Source: Planctomycetota bacterium
GTDB lineage: Bacteria > Planctomycetota > B15-G4
DNA length: 64,000 bases
Assembly: GCA_965248575.1 (NCBI GenBank)
Contig: CBDFJQ010000002.1
Span: forward strand, 3,104,001 to 3,168,000
Direction of reading: 5' to 3'
Shown: in pieces, positions 62,262-64,000 of the stretch
Position numbering within the stretch: position 1 is the stretch's first letter
Layout of the letters: the number at the start of each line of letters is the position of its first letter
The notes under the pieces: model-generated
Told to the model about the DNA's origin: nothing
What the model saw: the letters and a program-made list of their open reading frames with translations, nothing else
Database searches by the model: none
Program-made: the position numbers and the translations under genes

Positions 62262-64000
62262 ATGCGCATCCCCCCCAACTTTGGTCGCAGCGCCGTGATC
62301 GTCGTGGCGCTCCTGGCGGCGGGGTTCTTTGCGGCCTACCTGCGCTTCGCCCCCTACCTCAGCGGCGGCAACAGCTACACCGACGGGCGCTCGGAGCAAG
62401 CCCTCTCGGACGTGGACAGCCTGCGCTTCGCGGTCTGGGACAGCCCCGAGCTGCTGCCCGGCGACATCAACACCGAGGGCAGCGAGGGCCGGGCCACCAC
62501 CACGCCCGACGGCCGCTACCTGGTCTTCACCGTGGGCGACGAAGGCCTCAACGCCAACCTCTGGCGCGCCGAGTTGGTGGACGGCGAGCCCGTGCGCCCG
62601 CGCCCCCTCACGCGCCTCAACACCTCGGCCGACGAGCTGGCTCCGGCCATGTCCGGCGACGCCTTGTACTTCGCGTCCAATCGTTCGGGCGGCGAGGGCG
62701 GCTTCGACCTCTACAAGTCGCTCTACACCAACGGCGTCTTCGGCCCCGTGCTGCGCCTGGACGAGGGCCTCAACACCCGGGCAGACGAGACGGACCCGGC
62801 CCCCGTGCCCGGGATGGGCTCGGGATTCGCTGCTGGTGACCAGGCCCTGACCTTCGCCAGCAACCGGCGCCGGGGCCAACGCACGGACTACGACCTCTAC
62901 ACCGCGACACCGGCCAGCAGCCTGTCCACGCGCGTGGCGGAGGCTCCCGCCCCCGAGAGCGGCTGGCTCGTGGAGACATTCGACGTCCTCAACACGCCCT
63001 TCGATGAGCGCGACCCGGTCTACACCACCCACGGGCGGGGCCTGCTCTACGCCTCGAACCGCAGCGACGGCGCCGGGGACTTCGACCTCTGGCGCAGTGT
63101 GCAGAACCTCGACGCCTGGCAACCGCCGGAAAGCGTGCCGGGCCTCAACACCACCGGCGTCGAGCGGGCACCGCTGCCGTCCGCGGACGGCTTCAGCCTC
63201 ATGTTCGTGGGCGCCCCGACTGCCGACGGATCCTCCGACCTCTACCGCGCGCGTTCGCTCGAGTTGTTCCGACTTCCCGGGCGCCCCATCGGCTGGCTCG
63301 ACCTCACCATCCTGGGCCTGCTGTTGCTGCTCGCCCTGCTGGCCTGGCTCGGCAAGCGCTGGGAAACCCTCGACGTCCTCTACAAGTGCCTGCTCGTGTC
63401 GCTGCTCGTTCACGCCGGCATGATGCTCTGGTTCCGGGAAGTTCTCGTGGAGCCTGAGGACGTGGAGCTGGGCACGCCCTCGCCCTCCTTCAAGGTGCGC
63501 ATGGCGCCCAGCCGCGAGTCGCTCTCGCGCTCCAAGGAACGAGCGGGCGAGGTGGAAGTGAGCCGCGGGGCCATCGCTGAAGCCGCCGCGCCAGGCAAGC
63601 AGGCCATGCAGGTAGCGGAGTCCGACCCGCAACTGGCCGAAGCCGCCGACCGGACCGCCGCCGCACGCAGCGAAGACCTCGCCCAGCCCGAGCTGGCCGC
63701 AGCCGACGCCCCGTCTCGCGCCAGCGCGGAGTTCGTGCGCTCGGAGCAGAGCGAGAGTCGCGCCACTGACTCCGCCGTTTCCGTCGCCCAGCCCCAGGCC
63801 TCCGAAGCGCGTCACTCGGCAGAGGCCCCTTCGCTGGCCGTGAACGCGCGCGCCGTGAGCAGTCCGCCGGCGGAGCCCTCATCCTTGACTGCCGCCGCAC
63901 GCCCGGCACGCGAAGCGACAGCCAGCGCTGCACCCGCCAGCGCCACCCAACAGACAGCGGCCGGCCCGACTCACGTGTCCTTGGGCCTGCCCTCCACGGT
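62262..64000 (+). CDS. PD40 (TolB-like) repeat domain + TM helices with SxxxH + Ala/Glu/Pro-rich linker (3'-truncated)
   Basis: Absent from the ORF track. Hand translation from ATG 62262 shows an N-terminal TM, repeats of LNT..DE..P and LYFASNR.GG.G.FDLY, then LTILGLLLLLALLAW and CLLVSLLVHAGMMLW; the frame stays open to the window end. Confidence 0.8.
   Translation, partial: MRIPPNFGRSAVIVVALLAAGFFAAYLRFAPYLSGGNSYTDGRSEQALSDVDSLRFAVWDSPELLPGDINTEGSEGRATTTPDGRYLVFTVGDEGLNANLWRAELVDGEPVRPRPLTRLNTSADELAPAMSGDALYFASNRSGGEGGFDLYKSLYTNGVFGPVLRLDEGLNTRADETDPAPVPGMGSGFAAGDQALTFASNRRRGQRTDYDLYTATPASSLSTRVAEAPAPESGWLVETFDVLNTPFDERDPVYTTHGRGLLYASNRSDGAGDFDLWRSVQNLDAWQPPESVPGLNTTGVERAPLPSADGFSLMFVGAPTADGSSDLYRARSLELFRLPGRPIGWLDLTILGLLLLLALLAWLGKRWETLDVLYKCLLVSLLVHAGMMLWFREVLVEPEDVELGTPSPSFKVRMAPSRESLSRSKERAGEVEVSRGAIAEAAAPGKQAMQVAESDPQLAEAADRTAAARSEDLAQPELAAADAPSRASAEFVRSEQSESRATDSAVSVAQPQASEARHSAEAPSLAVNARAVSSPPAEPSSLTAAARPAREATASAAPASATQQTAAGPTHVSLGLPST

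Overview
A GC-rich, gene-dense bacterial chromosomal window. Lipid A acyltransferase, TolC/RND and ExbBD genes indicate a diderm; the TPR-rich and Gly-rich secreted proteins suggest Planctomycetota, which is an inference only. I saw no rRNA, tRNA, CRISPR array or transposase. Contents in order: the start of a Wzy-type exopolysaccharide cluster (1-5300); a cysteine dioxygenase and a B12 radical SAM gene; an acyl-CoA synthetase; three orphan genes, two of them lipoproteins; a divergent locus at 13555-23834; small stress/resistance genes with an XRE operator; a split DUF3179 gene; housekeeping genes (ettA, Fpg/Nei, two cyclophilins, LpxL, AlkC-like, NnrE); a CusCBA-type metal efflux operon; and a TPR-ExbB-ExbD-PD40/TonB-like operon cut by the window end. 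Highlights: (1) the 13555-23834 locus joins a Rieske/heme-b/thiol redox module to OlsB/OlsA-like aminolipid acyltransferases and a hydrolase-DedA-ATP-grasp triple fusion; (2) the DUF3179 gene is a likely selenoprotein, with in-frame TGA at the Cys position and a SECIS-like hairpin; (3) a probable 6S RNA at about 42941-43107; (4) a lone DUF4062(TIR-like)-TM-PLD-like gene that may be defensive; (5) a TolB-like propeller fused to a TonB/TolA-like SxxxH anchor; (6) a truncated beta-carbonic anhydrase remnant; (7) recurring near-leaderless promoters. All family assignments come from motif recognition by eye, not database searches.
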